The notes: a model not told the origin generated them from the letters alone. A stretch of DNA of 64,000 bases from an uncultured bacterium (GCA_963977015.1 CAXBMO010000027.1:23733-87732); one strand, 5' to 3'. Numbered from the stretch's first letter, positions 39,815-50,154 are shown. Made by a program: numbers and translations.

Positions 39815-41476
39815 ATGGACGAAGGTTCACCATTGTGGGTCGGTCAGTTGGCGTTCGTCATCCTGGTCGCTCCCGTGTTGGCCGCGATTGCGTGCCTCAT
39901 CCTCAGTTGGCGCTATCAAAAGGTCACATTGAAGGGCATGCGGATGATTGGCGGCGCCCGTCATCAACCGCCAAAGCCGCCGGTTCGCTCCCAAATGCCA
40001 CACGGGACCCTGCATGTGCGTTTTCATGATGAGAAGACCCTTGCGCCGATTTCGAAGGAGGCGGAGGCGGCGTATCAGCGAATGGATCGCACCCTCTCCG
40101 GCAGCGTCATCGTTTACCTGATGGCCGGGATCACCTACGCCTTCATTCTCGCGATCGTCACCCTTCACGTCTCTGAAGCCGGTTTTCTCGTGTGGCGTTT
40201 TCTCTTCCTCTTCATCGCCTACCTTTGGCCGGTCACGGTTGCCGTCAGCCTGGTTTCCGGGAGTCGACGCAAAGCCATCGGCGCGTATCTCGCCGTTTTC
40301 CTCCTTGTCTCGCTCGGAACGATCATTTTCAGTGAAGAAACCACCTTTGGGCAGTTAATCTTCCTTTGGGCGCTCCTCAATTTACCGGGAACCGTCATCG
40401 TCCTCCTCTTTTTGCACCGCAAACTCCGCGCGATGGGGCCCATGTTGCTGGTCTTCTTTACGGCGGCGGTTGCCGGGGCTGTGGGCGCGTTCGAGCTCTT
40501 GCGACAAACCAGCGATGAAGGTTTCGAACGCATGGTCGAGATCGCGCAAGCCGTTGGTTTAAGCGCGGAGGCGATGTTTTGGCTCATCCTGCTCGCTGGA
40601 ACCGTGATTCTTGGGGTTTTGGGGAAACAGATTTGGGATCTGATGGGCCAGTTTTACCGGCGCAAAGTGTTCAGCGATCAGATGCTGGTCCTCGATTGCC
40701 TGTGGCTCCAATTCGGCATCATTCAGCCTCTCGTCATCATCCAATCCGGTTGGTGGACCCTTGCCGGTTTGGCGGGATTCATCGCCTACAAGCTGGTCAC
40801 CCTCATTGGATTTACCCTGCTTCGGCGCTATTTTCCACCGGCCAAACCACCACCAACGCTCCTTCTCCTCCGCGTTTTCTCGCTCGGCCATCAAAGTGAG
40901 CGTTTCTTCAAGGTTTTTGGGCGCTGGTGGCTGCGCTGGGGCAGCATTCGGATGATCGCCGGCCCGGACCTGGTCGCGGCGACCGTCAGTCCGCACGAAT
41001 TCCTCGAGTTTGTCGCCGGACGCCACCTCAAACGCTTTGTCAAAAATGACCAGGACCTGGCGAGTCGCAGCGCCCGGATTGACAACGCCATTGATCCCGA
41101 CGGCACCTACCGCGTCTCCGAGTTTTTCTGCCACGCCGATACGTGGCAACGCACCATGCGCACGCTCGCCAGAAACAGTCAGGCCATCCTCATGGACCTT
41201 CGCAGTTTCGCCAAAACCAATCAGGGCTGCACCTATGAGCTGGAGCAACTCTTGGACTACGTCGATCTCGATCGCGTCGCCCTCGTCATCGACAACAGCA
41301 CCGATCGTGAGTTCTTGCAGCAGACGCTCCGCGATTTGTGGTCGCGGCTCCTTCCTGATTCGCCCAACCGGCAACTCGCCAACCCCACCATCCACGTTTT
41401 TCATGCCCTGAAACAAGATCGGGACACCATGCGCGCGCTTTTGCTCATGTTAGGCGGAACTCAAAAGATCGTTTAG
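39815..41476 (+). CDS. Polytopic membrane protein with C-terminal soluble alpha/beta (possibly TIR-like) domain
   Basis: About 9-10 hydrophobic segments followed by LLLLRVF...IAGPDL...EFFCHADTWQ...ILMDLRSF...GCTYEL. Start may be TTG at 39782. Confidence 0.65.
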   Translation: MDEGSPLWVGQLAFVILVAPVLAAIACLILSWRYQKVTLKGMRMIGGARHQPPKPPVRSQMPHGTLHVRFHDEKTLAPISKEAEAAYQRMDRTLSGSVIVYLMAGITYAFILAIVTLHVSEAGFLVWRFLFLFIAYLWPVTVAVSLVSGSRRKAIGAYLAVFLLVSLGTIIFSEETTFGQLIFLWALLNLPGTVIVLLFLHRKLRAMGPMLLVFFTAAVAGAVGAFELLRQTSDEGFERMVEIAQAVGLSAEAMFWLILLAGTVILGVLGKQIWDLMGQFYRRKVFSDQMLVLDCLWLQFGIIQPLVIIQSGWWTLAGLAGFIAYKLVTLIGFTLLRRYFPPAKPPPTLLLLRVFSLGHQSERFFKVFGRWWLRWGSIRMIAGPDLVAATVSPHEFLEFVAGRHLKRFVKNDQDLASRSARIDNAIDPDGTYRVSEFFCHADTWQRTMRTLARNSQAILMDLRSFAKTNQGCTYELEQLLDYVDLDRVALVIDNSTDREFLQQTLRDLWSRLLPDSPNRQLANPTIHVFHALKQDRDTMRALLLMLGGTQKIV

Positions 41477-41543
41477 GAGCCTCACACGGCGAAAATCTCT
41501 CCTTGATCCCGAGTCCACGCACGGTTCCATTCGACCGCGCACT

Positions 41544-42953
41544 TTGGTCTTTAGTTCACACATCTTTTTATTTTACTTCCTGCCGCTCGCCCTCCTGGTC
41601 TACTACGCCAGTCCGCGTGCGTTGAAGCATATGTCGCTCACGCTCATGAGCTACATCTTCTATGGATGGTGGAATCCTTGGCTCATTTTCCTCATTTTTG
41701 GGTCGACGATCATCGATTTCCTCTGCGGACAGGCCATTACCCAAACTGGCGCCACCGAGAAACAGCGAAAAGCCGGGCTCCTCATCTCGATCATCGCCAA
41801 CCTCTCCATTCTCGCCTTTTTCAAATACGCGGGATTCTTTGCCGGGACCGTCAGCTCAGCCGTGGGCGAGGCCGCCCTCTTTCCCGCCTGGTTCTACACC
41901 ATTCCGCTCCCCGTCGGCATCTCCTTCTACACCTTTCAATCGATGAGTTACTCCATCGATCTCTACCGGGGCCACGCACGTCCCTGCAAGTCCTTCGTCG
42001 ACTTCATGTGCTACGTCTCCATGTTCCCGCAACTCGTCGCCGGTCCCATTGTTCGCTATGGATCGGTCGCGGAACAACTTCACAGCCGCGTTCACAGCAT
42101 CGAAGGGTTCGTTCACGGCTTTACCCGCTTCAACTTTGGCTTTGCCAAGAAAATCCTCCTCGCCAACCCCATGGGCCAGATCGCCGACGCCTGTTTCGGG
42201 GCAGGGGAGGGCGCGCTCGGTCCCTTCTCCGCCTGGCTTGGTATCATTGCCTACGCCTTCCAGATTTACTTCGACTTTTCAGGATACTCAGACATGGCCC
42301 TGGGGCTGGGGCGCATGTTTGGCTTTCGCTTTCCCGAGAACTTCAACGCGCCCTACAAATCGCACAGCATCACCGATTTCTGGCGTCGCTGGCACATCTC
42401 TCTCTCCAGCTTCCTGCGCGACTACCTCTACATCCCGCTGGGCGGCAACCGCATCAGCCCCTCGCGCACCTATGCCAACCTCCTCATCGTCATGATCATC
42501 GGTGGCCTCTGGCATGGCGCGCAATGGACCTTCGTCGCCTGGGGCGCGATTCACGGAGGCATGCTCGCCCTCGAGCGATGGCAGGGCAAGGACTCTCCCT
42601 ACCGACGCCTGCCCAACCCCGTTCGCATTGCCCTCACCTTTGGCATCATCCTCATCACCTGGGTCTTCTTCCGGGCAGAGAACTTTGAAGTCGCCGGCCG
42701 CTACCTCTCTGCCATGTTTGGCGTGGGCGGATTCGAACCCACAGCCGACCTCCTCCGCGCCTACGTCTTCCGGCCCGGCAACCTCATCATGTTCCTCATC
42801 TGCTCCGGAGTTGTCTGGGGACTCCCCCGCATCCGCGAAATCCTTGATGACCTCACCCTCTGGAAGGTGCTCCTCGGCCTCGCCCTCCTCATCCTCGCCG
42901 TCAACATGATGTGGACACAGGGCTTTAACCCGTTTTTGTATTTCCAATTCTAG
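41544..42953 (+). CDS. MBOAT O-acyltransferase, AlgI/PatA family
   Basis: PVGISFYTFQ, FPQLVAGPI, QIYFDFSGYSD, FWRRWHISLS and GLWHGA. Confidence 0.95.
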   Translation: MVFSSHIFLFYFLPLALLVYYASPRALKHMSLTLMSYIFYGWWNPWLIFLIFGSTIIDFLCGQAITQTGATEKQRKAGLLISIIANLSILAFFKYAGFFAGTVSSAVGEAALFPAWFYTIPLPVGISFYTFQSMSYSIDLYRGHARPCKSFVDFMCYVSMFPQLVAGPIVRYGSVAEQLHSRVHSIEGFVHGFTRFNFGFAKKILLANPMGQIADACFGAGEGALGPFSAWLGIIAYAFQIYFDFSGYSDMALGLGRMFGFRFPENFNAPYKSHSITDFWRRWHISLSSFLRDYLYIPLGGNRISPSRTYANLLIVMIIGGLWHGAQWTFVAWGAIHGGMLALERWQGKDSPYRRLPNPVRIALTFGIILITWVFFRAENFEVAGRYLSAMFGVGGFEPTADLLRAYVFRPGNLIMFLICSGVVWGLPRIREILDDLTLWKVLLGLALLILAVNMMWTQGFNPFLYFQF

Positions 42954-42955
42954 GT

Positions 42956-44611
42956 ATGGCCAACGAGAAGTTCAAGAATCCCTACGAAGAGGAAATCGAC
43001 GATCCTGAAATCCGGATTTCGCCGACGATCTGTTGGTTTGTGGCGGGAATCTTCCTGGGATTGATGGTGCTTCCTCCGTTGCTGAGAAATTTGATGGCGG
43101 CGTTGGAGACGAACGGCTGGATTCCGGCGATTGAGTTCTTCGTGCGTCCGACCGATGAGGCGATCAATCTGTTGGCGCAGAAGAAGGAGAGCGATCCACG
43201 AATCGTGCGGCAGTCGCCGAATTTTATCGATCATCGCGAGTCTTGGGAGTTGAAATTGGAAGGGGCGGATTTCACGGAAGCTCCGCGGCGGCACCTGCAG
43301 GCAATGCTGACGGCGGTCTTGCAGGAAGGAAACCGGAAGACGGTCATGGGTGAGGATGGTTGGTTGTTCTTTCGTCCTGCGATCGATTCGCTCACTGGAT
43401 ACGGCCCCTTGAAGAGTGAACCGGATTCGGTGGCGAAGGATCCCACGCGCCCGCCCTGGCAGGGCCCCAAGCCCGCGATCGTCGAGTTTGCCCGGCAACT
43501 GCAGGCAGAGGATGTGGAATTGATGCTGGTGCCGATTCCCGTGAAGCCGATGATTTATGGATTGAATGGGAAGCCGTTGGAAGCTCCGCTACTCCATAAG
43601 GACGCGCCGAAGTTCTATGCAGAGTTGGAGGATGCCGGCGTGACGGTTCTGGATTTGGCTCCCTTACTCAGCGATTGGGCAAAAGACACCGCCGTGTTTC
43701 TGAAGCAGGATACGCATTGGAATCCGCGGACCATGGAGCGATGCGCACGGTTCGTCTCGGATACGATTCGACGGCGTCCGTGGTTTGAGGAGGTCGATTC
43801 ACAGCCGAACCGGTTTAGCTATCAACCGGGAAAGGCGGAATACATCGGAGATTTGGTGGAGAAACTTGATTTTCCGGAAGGCCGGAATCCGTTCAACGTC
43901 GAGAAGGTCAGCTTAACGCATGTCATCAACACCAAAACCAGGGAGCCGGCGGATATCTACGATCGTGATTCCCCGGTGGTGCTTCTGGGAGACAGCTTTA
44001 CCAACATCTTTTCGGCGGAATCGATGCATTGGGGAACGAATGCCGGCTTTGCCCAGCACCTGGCTCGTCATCTCGGATTGAGTGTCGACACGATTGCTCA
44101 AAACGGGCAGGCATCGACCGGGGTTCGGCGGACCCTGGCAAGTCGGCCCGGCGCGTTGGAAGGAAAGAAGCTGGTGATCTGGGCGATTGCGGCGCGCGAC
44201 TTGTTTTTGAGTGAGACGGTGGCGCGCGAAACGAATGTCGAATGGCGATCTGTCGCGTTTAACCCGGAACCGAAGCCGAAGGAGTTGCCGGTTGGCGCCC
44301 TCGTGGTGAAAGGCGAAATGATCGAGCGCGCTGCGGTGCAGGACCCGAAGACTGTGCCTTATCCGGCTTCCCTCTACGCGGCTAAGTATCGCATTACCGA
44401 AGTGATCCAGGGCGACTATATGGAAGGGGAGGTGCTCGTCTTTCACTGGGGTTTCCGGGAACGGAAACTGCTCCCCAGTGCCGCCTATCAGGTGGGCGAT
44501 TCCCGGGAACTCGTCCTCGTTCCCTTCGACTCCCAGTCCGAGTTGCAATCGATCAATCGGGCGGACCTTGATGAGTTTCTGCTTTTGCCGTTTTGGGCGA
44601 TCGAAGAATAG
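42956..44611 (+). CDS. AlgJ/AlgX-family SGNH-like O-acetyltransferase
   Basis: N-terminal TM, GEDGWLF, PIPVK, FLKQDTHW and LLGDSF; directly downstream of the AlgI-like gene. Confidence 0.88.
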   Translation: MANEKFKNPYEEEIDDPEIRISPTICWFVAGIFLGLMVLPPLLRNLMAALETNGWIPAIEFFVRPTDEAINLLAQKKESDPRIVRQSPNFIDHRESWELKLEGADFTEAPRRHLQAMLTAVLQEGNRKTVMGEDGWLFFRPAIDSLTGYGPLKSEPDSVAKDPTRPPWQGPKPAIVEFARQLQAEDVELMLVPIPVKPMIYGLNGKPLEAPLLHKDAPKFYAELEDAGVTVLDLAPLLSDWAKDTAVFLKQDTHWNPRTMERCARFVSDTIRRRPWFEEVDSQPNRFSYQPGKAEYIGDLVEKLDFPEGRNPFNVEKVSLTHVINTKTREPADIYDRDSPVVLLGDSFTNIFSAESMHWGTNAGFAQHLARHLGLSVDTIAQNGQASTGVRRTLASRPGALEGKKLVIWAIAARDLFLSETVARETNVEWRSVAFNPEPKPKELPVGALVVKGEMIERAAVQDPKTVPYPASLYAAKYRITEVIQGDYMEGEVLVFHWGFRERKLLPSAAYQVGDSRELVLVPFDSQSELQSINRADLDEFLLLPFWAIEE

Positions 44612-44631
44612 GATGGATCGCATCCTTGTCT

Positions 44632-45681
44632 TCAGTTTGTTCCCTGGCGTTCTTTTTGCGTAGCGCGTTTTCGCGCCATCGCGCGCTTGGCCAATTCATC
44701 GGCTATCACACCGGCCAGGATCACGATTCCGATCACGGCGAATTCGGCGCGTTGGAAACCGGCGAAGACCAGATTCATCATGTTTCGCAGCACGCGGAGA
44801 AGGGCCGTTCCAATGATGACCCCGATGATGGTGCCGCTTCCGCCGCGCAGACTGCATCCGCCCAAAACCGCGGCGGCGATGGCGTAGAGTTCGTAGAAGT
44901 TTCCGTGGTCAACTGGTTGAGCCTGATTGAGGTCGAGCACGAAGAGTAGGCCGGCCAATCCGGCGAGGCCGGAGCAGATCACGTAGGCAAGCGTGATCAT
45001 CTTGTCGGTGTCAATTCCGCTGAAACGGGCCGCTTCCTCGTTGTTTCCAAGAGCGAGCAGGTAGCGGCCGTAGATCGTCCGATTGAGAAAAATGCCGACG
45101 GCAACCGCGACGATGATGAGGATGATGCACGGGAAAGGAATGCCGAATCCGCCTTCGAATGGCCGAATCTCGCCGGTGGCGAGCCAGCGCAAGCCCTTGA
45201 AATCGTTGCCGAAGCCAGCCGTCTGGTCGCCGGTGAAGGCCCGGGTGACGCCACGATAGATGAGGAGTCCGCAGAGCGTCACGATGAACGGTTGCAGCTT
45301 CAACTTGGTGACGAGCAGACCGTGGGCGAGTCCGATCAACATCGGGATGGTCAAAGCGACGATCAACGTCAACCACACCGGCCAGCCCTGATCGACAATC
45401 AGCCAAGGCACGCCAACCCCGACCAGACAGACCACCGAGCCTAACGACAAATCAATTCCTCCGGAGATGATCACCAGCGCCACCCCGACCCCCAGGATTC
45501 CGAACAACGACGTCCGCCGAATCAGGTTTTCCTGGTTGTAGCCGGACATGAACGAAGGGTTCATGATCCAGGTGACAACGTAGACGACAAAAAGCAGGGC
45601 GAAGATGCCAATGACGCGTTTCAAGCTGTCGTTCTGGCCGATGGCGGCTTTGATTTGGTGTCCGATTTGGGTGAAATCCAT
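44632..45681 (-). CDS. Sugar ABC transporter permease (RbsC-like)
   Basis: GGIDLSLG, PFIVTL, GNNEEAARFSGI and YELYAIAAAVLGG. Confidence 0.92.
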   Translation of the reverse strand: MDFTQIGHQIKAAIGQNDSLKRVIGIFALLFVVYVVTWIMNPSFMSGYNQENLIRRTSLFGILGVGVALVIISGGIDLSLGSVVCLVGVGVPWLIVDQGWPVWLTLIVALTIPMLIGLAHGLLVTKLKLQPFIVTLCGLLIYRGVTRAFTGDQTAGFGNDFKGLRWLATGEIRPFEGGFGIPFPCIILIIVAVAVGIFLNRTIYGRYLLALGNNEEAARFSGIDTDKMITLAYVICSGLAGLAGLLFVLDLNQAQPVDHGNFYELYAIAAAVLGGCSLRGGSGTIIGVIIGTALLRVLRNMMNLVFAGFQRAEFAVIGIVILAGVIADELAKRAMARKRATQKERQGTN

Positions 45682-45829
45682 GGTTGATGGGCTGTGCTGC
45701 AGTTGGCGTTCTGTCGGGGTACGGTTCTAGCGGAGAAGTTTCCCTTTTTCCAGACCCATTCCGCACTTTCCCCGGAATTGGGCAGGGAGACTGATCGCTG
45801 CGGTTTTGGAGAGCATGGAAAGCGATTGC

Positions 45830-46336
45830 TCAGTTTCCTTGTTGTGGTAGCGGGTCGTCCGATTCCTGAGAAAAGCCGGATAACGTAACGTTCTGGATGC
45901 CAGCGTTGCTCAGTTCCTCGAGTATTCCCGCAAACCATATCCCCTTGGCGGCGTCATCCGCTGAAAGGATGGTAATCAGCTGAATTTGGGGTTTGTTATG
46001 GATCTTGATTTGCTCTCGGAGGACGGGAAATTCCTTCTGGTCCGATTGGGCCGTTTCAATGAGTTTGTCGTTCGCCCAGATCTCTCCGTTTCCCTTCAGG
46101 TGAATGGAAAGCTGATCGATGGCGAGGGTGTCACCAGAACCAGGAAGCGAAAAAGGCGACAGCGATGTTTCCGTGGCATCCTGGGGTTCTCCAACGGGTC
46201 CATCTTCCACGATGATGATCTCCGCCGCGGGTTTGGGAGCAATATTGGAGGTCGCGATGAGCGCGACGGTGACCGCCAGCAACAAACCACCCAATACCAG
46301 AATCGTTCCGACCACCCGGCTCTTCGAGAGTTTCAT
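45830..46336 (-). CDS. ExbD/TolR-like single-TM protein lacking the TM aspartate
   Basis: TM, then LSIHLKGNGEIWAN...ILSADDAA...ILEELSNAGIQNV, which resembles the ExbD periplasmic domain. Confidence 0.55.
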   Translation of the reverse strand: MKLSKSRVVGTILVLGGLLLAVTVALIATSNIAPKPAAEIIIVEDGPVGEPQDATETSLSPFSLPGSGDTLAIDQLSIHLKGNGEIWANDKLIETAQSDQKEFPVLREQIKIHNKPQIQLITILSADDAAKGIWFAGILEELSNAGIQNVTLSGFSQESDDPLPQQGN

Positions 46337-46383
46337 TTCTTCACGGGATCAAAAAGCAAAAGGAATGACAAGCGGAATGATCT

Positions 46384-47886
46384 TCAATGGTGCTCCGCGT
46401 TTCCCGTAGCCAGCTGCATGATAGATTCTTCGTTCAGCTCTTCACGGCTGAGTTCTCCGGTGATTCGCCCTTCGTGCATCACCAGAGTGCGGTCGCTCAT
46501 CCCAATAACCTCCTCCATTTCGCTGGAGACGAAGAGGATGGCGACGCCGGAGCCGGCGAGGTCCTCCATGAGGGCGTAGATCTCCTGTTTGGCGCCGACA
46601 TCGATTCCGCGAGTTGGTTCATCGAGGAGGAGGACGCGCGGTTCCAGGGCAAGCCATTTGCCGAGGACGATTTTCTGCTGATTGCCGCCGGAGAGATAAC
46701 GCACGATCTGGGATTCGCTGGGAGTTTTGACCCGCATTTGGCGAATCATGGTTTCGCTGATCTCGGTTTCCCTGGCGTCGTTTAAGAAGAGGTTTCGGAT
46801 GCTTTCCCGTTTTAAACTGGCCAAACTCAGGTTTTCCCGGACCGTCATTTCCAGAATCAACCCTTGCTGCTTTCGATCTTCCGGGACCAGCGCCATTCGT
46901 GCGCGGATCGCGTCGATCGGTGATTGTAAGTCGACACATTCACCCGCAAGGTGGATTTCTCCGTTCAGGGGAGGAGTTATGCCGAACAGTGTGTGGAGCA
47001 CCTCGGTTCGACCGGCACCAACCAGTCCTGCCATACCCACAACTTCGCCGGCTTTGATGGCGAAGCTCAATTCGTGTTGCGGATGCGTCGATGTTCTCAG
47101 ATTCCTGACTTCGAGCGCGACCTCGCCCGGCTGGTGAATGGTGCGCTGATAAAACTGGGATATTTCACGACCGACCATCATGCGGACCATCTCGTCATGG
47201 GTGATGGATTCGAGGGCCAGCTCCCCGGCGTTTTCCCCATCTCGCAACACGGTGACGCGATCCGCCAGTTCCTTCACTTCGCCCAATCGATGGCTGATGT
47301 AGATGACGCTAACGCCACGGGTGCGTAGATCTTTGATCACCGTGAAGAGCGTGGCCGTCTCCTTTTGGGAAAGACTCGACGTGGGCTCGTCCATGATCAA
47401 AACGCGTGCATCGGTCGAAAGAGCCTTGGCGATTTCCACGAGTTGTTGGCGACCAATCGTGAGGTTTTCGACCAGTTCACGCGGATCCACATCGAGTCCA
47501 ACCATGTCCAGAAAACGGTCCGCTTCGCGGTGAATGGTGGCGTCATCAATCAGGCCGTGAAGCCTGGGTTCCCGCCCCAGAAAAATGTTCGCGCCAATGC
47601 TGAGGTTCGTCGCTAGATTGAGCTCCTGATGGATCAAGGCGATTCCGTGATCCAACGCCGTCTGCACGGAGTCAATCGTCACAACCTGGCCGTCGATTCG
47701 CAGCTCACCTTCATCGCTGGGCTGCACCCCGGCCAGAATCTTCATCAGGGTGCTTTTTCCGGCACCGTTTTCGCCCAAAACCGCCAACACTTCGCCTTTC
47801 TCCAAACGGAGGGAGACGTTGTGAAGCGCGCGAACGCCGGGGAAACGCTTGCCCATATTTTGGACTTCGAGCAGGGGTTTTGCCAT
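46384..47886 (-). CDS. Sugar ABC transporter ATP-binding protein (RbsA-like, double ABC)
   Basis: [32 protein letters not shown] and [12 protein letters not shown]. Confidence 0.95.
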   Translation of the reverse strand: MAKPLLEVQNMGKRFPGVRALHNVSLRLEKGEVLAVLGENGAGKSTLMKILAGVQPSDEGELRIDGQVVTIDSVQTALDHGIALIHQELNLATNLSIGANIFLGREPRLHGLIDDATIHREADRFLDMVGLDVDPRELVENLTIGRQQLVEIAKALSTDARVLIMDEPTSSLSQKETATLFTVIKDLRTRGVSVIYISHRLGEVKELADRVTVLRDGENAGELALESITHDEMVRMMVGREISQFYQRTIHQPGEVALEVRNLRTSTHPQHELSFAIKAGEVVGMAGLVGAGRTEVLHTLFGITPPLNGEIHLAGECVDLQSPIDAIRARMALVPEDRKQQGLILEMTVRENLSLASLKRESIRNLFLNDARETEISETMIRQMRVKTPSESQIVRYLSGGNQQKIVLGKWLALEPRVLLLDEPTRGIDVGAKQEIYALMEDLAGSGVAILFVSSEMEEVIGMSDRTLVMHEGRITGELSREELNEESIMQLATGNAEHH

Positions 47887-47949
47887 GAGTCCCGCGATGT
47901 TAGTGGCGTGATTGCGCCACAGCAAGCTTGAACCTGCGCGGTTCGAGCG

Positions 47950-50154
47950 CTAGTCCATGGCCTCGATTTGCACGCTGCAATACTTGTAGGAAGGCTGGCG
48001 TGAATGAGGGTCGAGGGAACCGAGGGTGAGTCGATTGGTTTCCGGGTAATGGAAGGGGATGAAAACCTGTCCCGGCTGGAGCGACGAGGTCGTGAAAACA
48101 TCGACCTCCATCTCGCCACGGCGTGATTTGACGCGTGCGCGATCGCCTTCCCAAAGGTTCAGGCACTTGGCGTCGAAGCGGCTGATTTCAATGTAGGCGC
48201 GATCGGGATGAAACCGGCGCAAAATGGACGATTTCTTCGTCCGGGTTTGGGTCTGCCACTGGGTCGAACTCCCTCGCCCCGTGAGCAACGTGTAGGGATA
48301 GTTCTCGTCGGGAGGCTCCGGATTTTCCTGAACCTCATCGAAAATGAATCGCGCCCGGCGATCCTCGGTGAAAAACTTGCCGTCTTCAAACAAACGGCGC
48401 TGAACCTTGTGGTGGGATTGGGGCTCGGGCCACGGCCACTGAATACCACCGGCTTCTTCGATTTCTTCGTATCCCCGAATGCCCGAAATATCGCAGGGTT
48501 GATCCTCGGTGAGTTCCTGAAGCGTGGCGAAGGCGTCTTCTGGAGACTTCCATCTGGATAACCAGTCTCCCGCCCCCCAGGTTGCGGCGAGGAGTCGAAA
48601 AATCTTGAAATCGGACAACGCCTGGCCCGGGGCACGGCTGACCTTTCTCGTAACGCCGATGCGGCGCTCGGAATTAATCATCGTCCCATCCTTTTCGCCC
48701 CAACCTGCCGCCGGAAGAATCAAATCCGCCATTCCCGCCGTCTCGGTATGGGTGTACATGTCCTGAACCACGAGAAACTCGAGCTTGGAGAACAATTCCC
48801 GGAGCCGAAGTTGATTGGCCCATGAATGACCGACGTTGTTTCCAATGATCCACAACGCCCGAATGGCTCCCGATTCAATGCCGTCGAGGATCTGGTCGTA
48901 GCTCCAACCCGGTTCGTCCGGAATTTGGTAGGATTCGATTCCGAGGACGTCAGCGACTTTTTCGCGGTGAGCCGAATTGGTGAAGTCGTGTCCTCCAAGA
49001 AGCGTTGACGTATTGCTGAAGAGCCGTGAGCCCATGGCATTGGCCTGGCCGCTGATGGAATTGGCGCCCGTTCCTCTGCGCCCCATATTCCCAGTCATGA
49101 GCGCTATATTGATGATGGCCTGGACGGTCCGGGTTCCCTCATAGCTCTGATTCACGCCCATGGTCCACCAAAGGGAAACGCTTTCTCCCTTTCCGATCGT
49201 TTCCGCGAGAAGTTCGAGCTCGGAAATCGTCAAGCCTGTGGCTTTGGTGACGAGTTCCGGCGTAAACTTCTGAACATGACTGGCGAAATCGTCGAAGCCG
49301 TTGGTGAATTTCGCGACGAAATCATGATCGACCCAATCATTCTTGATCAGCAGATGGGCAATTCCGTAGAACAGGGTGAGGTCTGACTTCGGGAGCAGCC
49401 CGACATGCTGAGTCGCCTGGGTCGCGGTTTCGGTGCGACGTGGGTCGATCACAATGATCTTTGGCGAACGCGGGTTGTTCTGAACGCGCTGCCACAGAAT
49501 GGGATGCGTCAGGCAAAGATTGGATCCGATCAAGACGATCACGTCGGACTTTTCCAGGTCGGAAAAGGTGTAGGGTGGGGCATCGAAACCGAACGATTCC
49601 CGATAAGCCCTTGCCGAGCTGGCCATGCCTTGAGGCGAGTTGCCGTCGCCATGAATCATGCCCATCTCAAATTTGGCGAACGCTCCCAACAACGCCATCT
49701 CCTCCGTGCAAATTTGTCCGCTGCTGAGAAACGCGATCGATTCCGGACCAAAGCGATGTTGCACTTCGCGCATGCGATCGCAGAACACGCCAGCCGCGAT
49801 TTTCCAGTCGACGGGTTTGAGCTCGTCGCTACGGTTGAGCCGGTAGTAAGGCGTGGCTGCGCGGTCCGGCGCGGCGAGAGGCGCGAGCGCTTCCCAACCC
49901 TTGGGGCATGCCATGCCACGGTTGACCGGGTAGTCGATGTTGGGCGAAAGGCTGACTGCTTGTCCTTCGAAGAGGTCAACGTAGAGCGAGCATCCGGTCG
50001 AACAGTAGCCGCAGACGGTGTTGGCTGAGGCGTCCGGGACCTGCCCGCTTTGGTGTTGCCCGAGACCAAAGAGCCCGGGCTCTCGAACGAGTTGTTCGGT
50101 AAGGGGGCCGTTGAGGGCCCGAAATTGAGGGGACAGATTTGGCAGTGAGTTCAT
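47950..50154 (-). CDS. Assimilatory nitrate reductase-like molybdopterin oxidoreductase (NasA/NarB family) with atypical active site
   Basis: CGYCSTGC...CPKG 4Fe-4S motif, WTMGVNQ, GQANAMG, LPAAGWGEKDGT.INSERR and PHSRQPSYK. The Mo-ligand Cys position reads Gly. Confidence 0.85.
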   Translation of the reverse strand: MNSLPNLSPQFRALNGPLTEQLVREPGLFGLGQHQSGQVPDASANTVCGYCSTGCSLYVDLFEGQAVSLSPNIDYPVNRGMACPKGWEALAPLAAPDRAATPYYRLNRSDELKPVDWKIAAGVFCDRMREVQHRFGPESIAFLSSGQICTEEMALLGAFAKFEMGMIHGDGNSPQGMASSARAYRESFGFDAPPYTFSDLEKSDVIVLIGSNLCLTHPILWQRVQNNPRSPKIIVIDPRRTETATQATQHVGLLPKSDLTLFYGIAHLLIKNDWVDHDFVAKFTNGFDDFASHVQKFTPELVTKATGLTISELELLAETIGKGESVSLWWTMGVNQSYEGTRTVQAIINIALMTGNMGRRGTGANSISGQANAMGSRLFSNTSTLLGGHDFTNSAHREKVADVLGIESYQIPDEPGWSYDQILDGIESGAIRALWIIGNNVGHSWANQLRLRELFSKLEFLVVQDMYTHTETAGMADLILPAAGWGEKDGTMINSERRIGVTRKVSRAPGQALSDFKIFRLLAATWGAGDWLSRWKSPEDAFATLQELTEDQPCDISGIRGYEEIEEAGGIQWPWPEPQSHHKVQRRLFEDGKFFTEDRRARFIFDEVQENPEPPDENYPYTLLTGRGSSTQWQTQTRTKKSSILRRFHPDRAYIEISRFDAKCLNLWEGDRARVKSRRGEMEVDVFTTSSLQPGQVFIPFHYPETNRLTLGSLDPHSRQPSYKYCSVQIEAMD

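Noticed and set aside
3231-50154. A molybdenum/nitrate assimilation gene cluster (modBC, moaA, nas-like)
   Set aside because: The genes are separated by 18-24 kb of unrelated genes, so co-location is probably coincidental.
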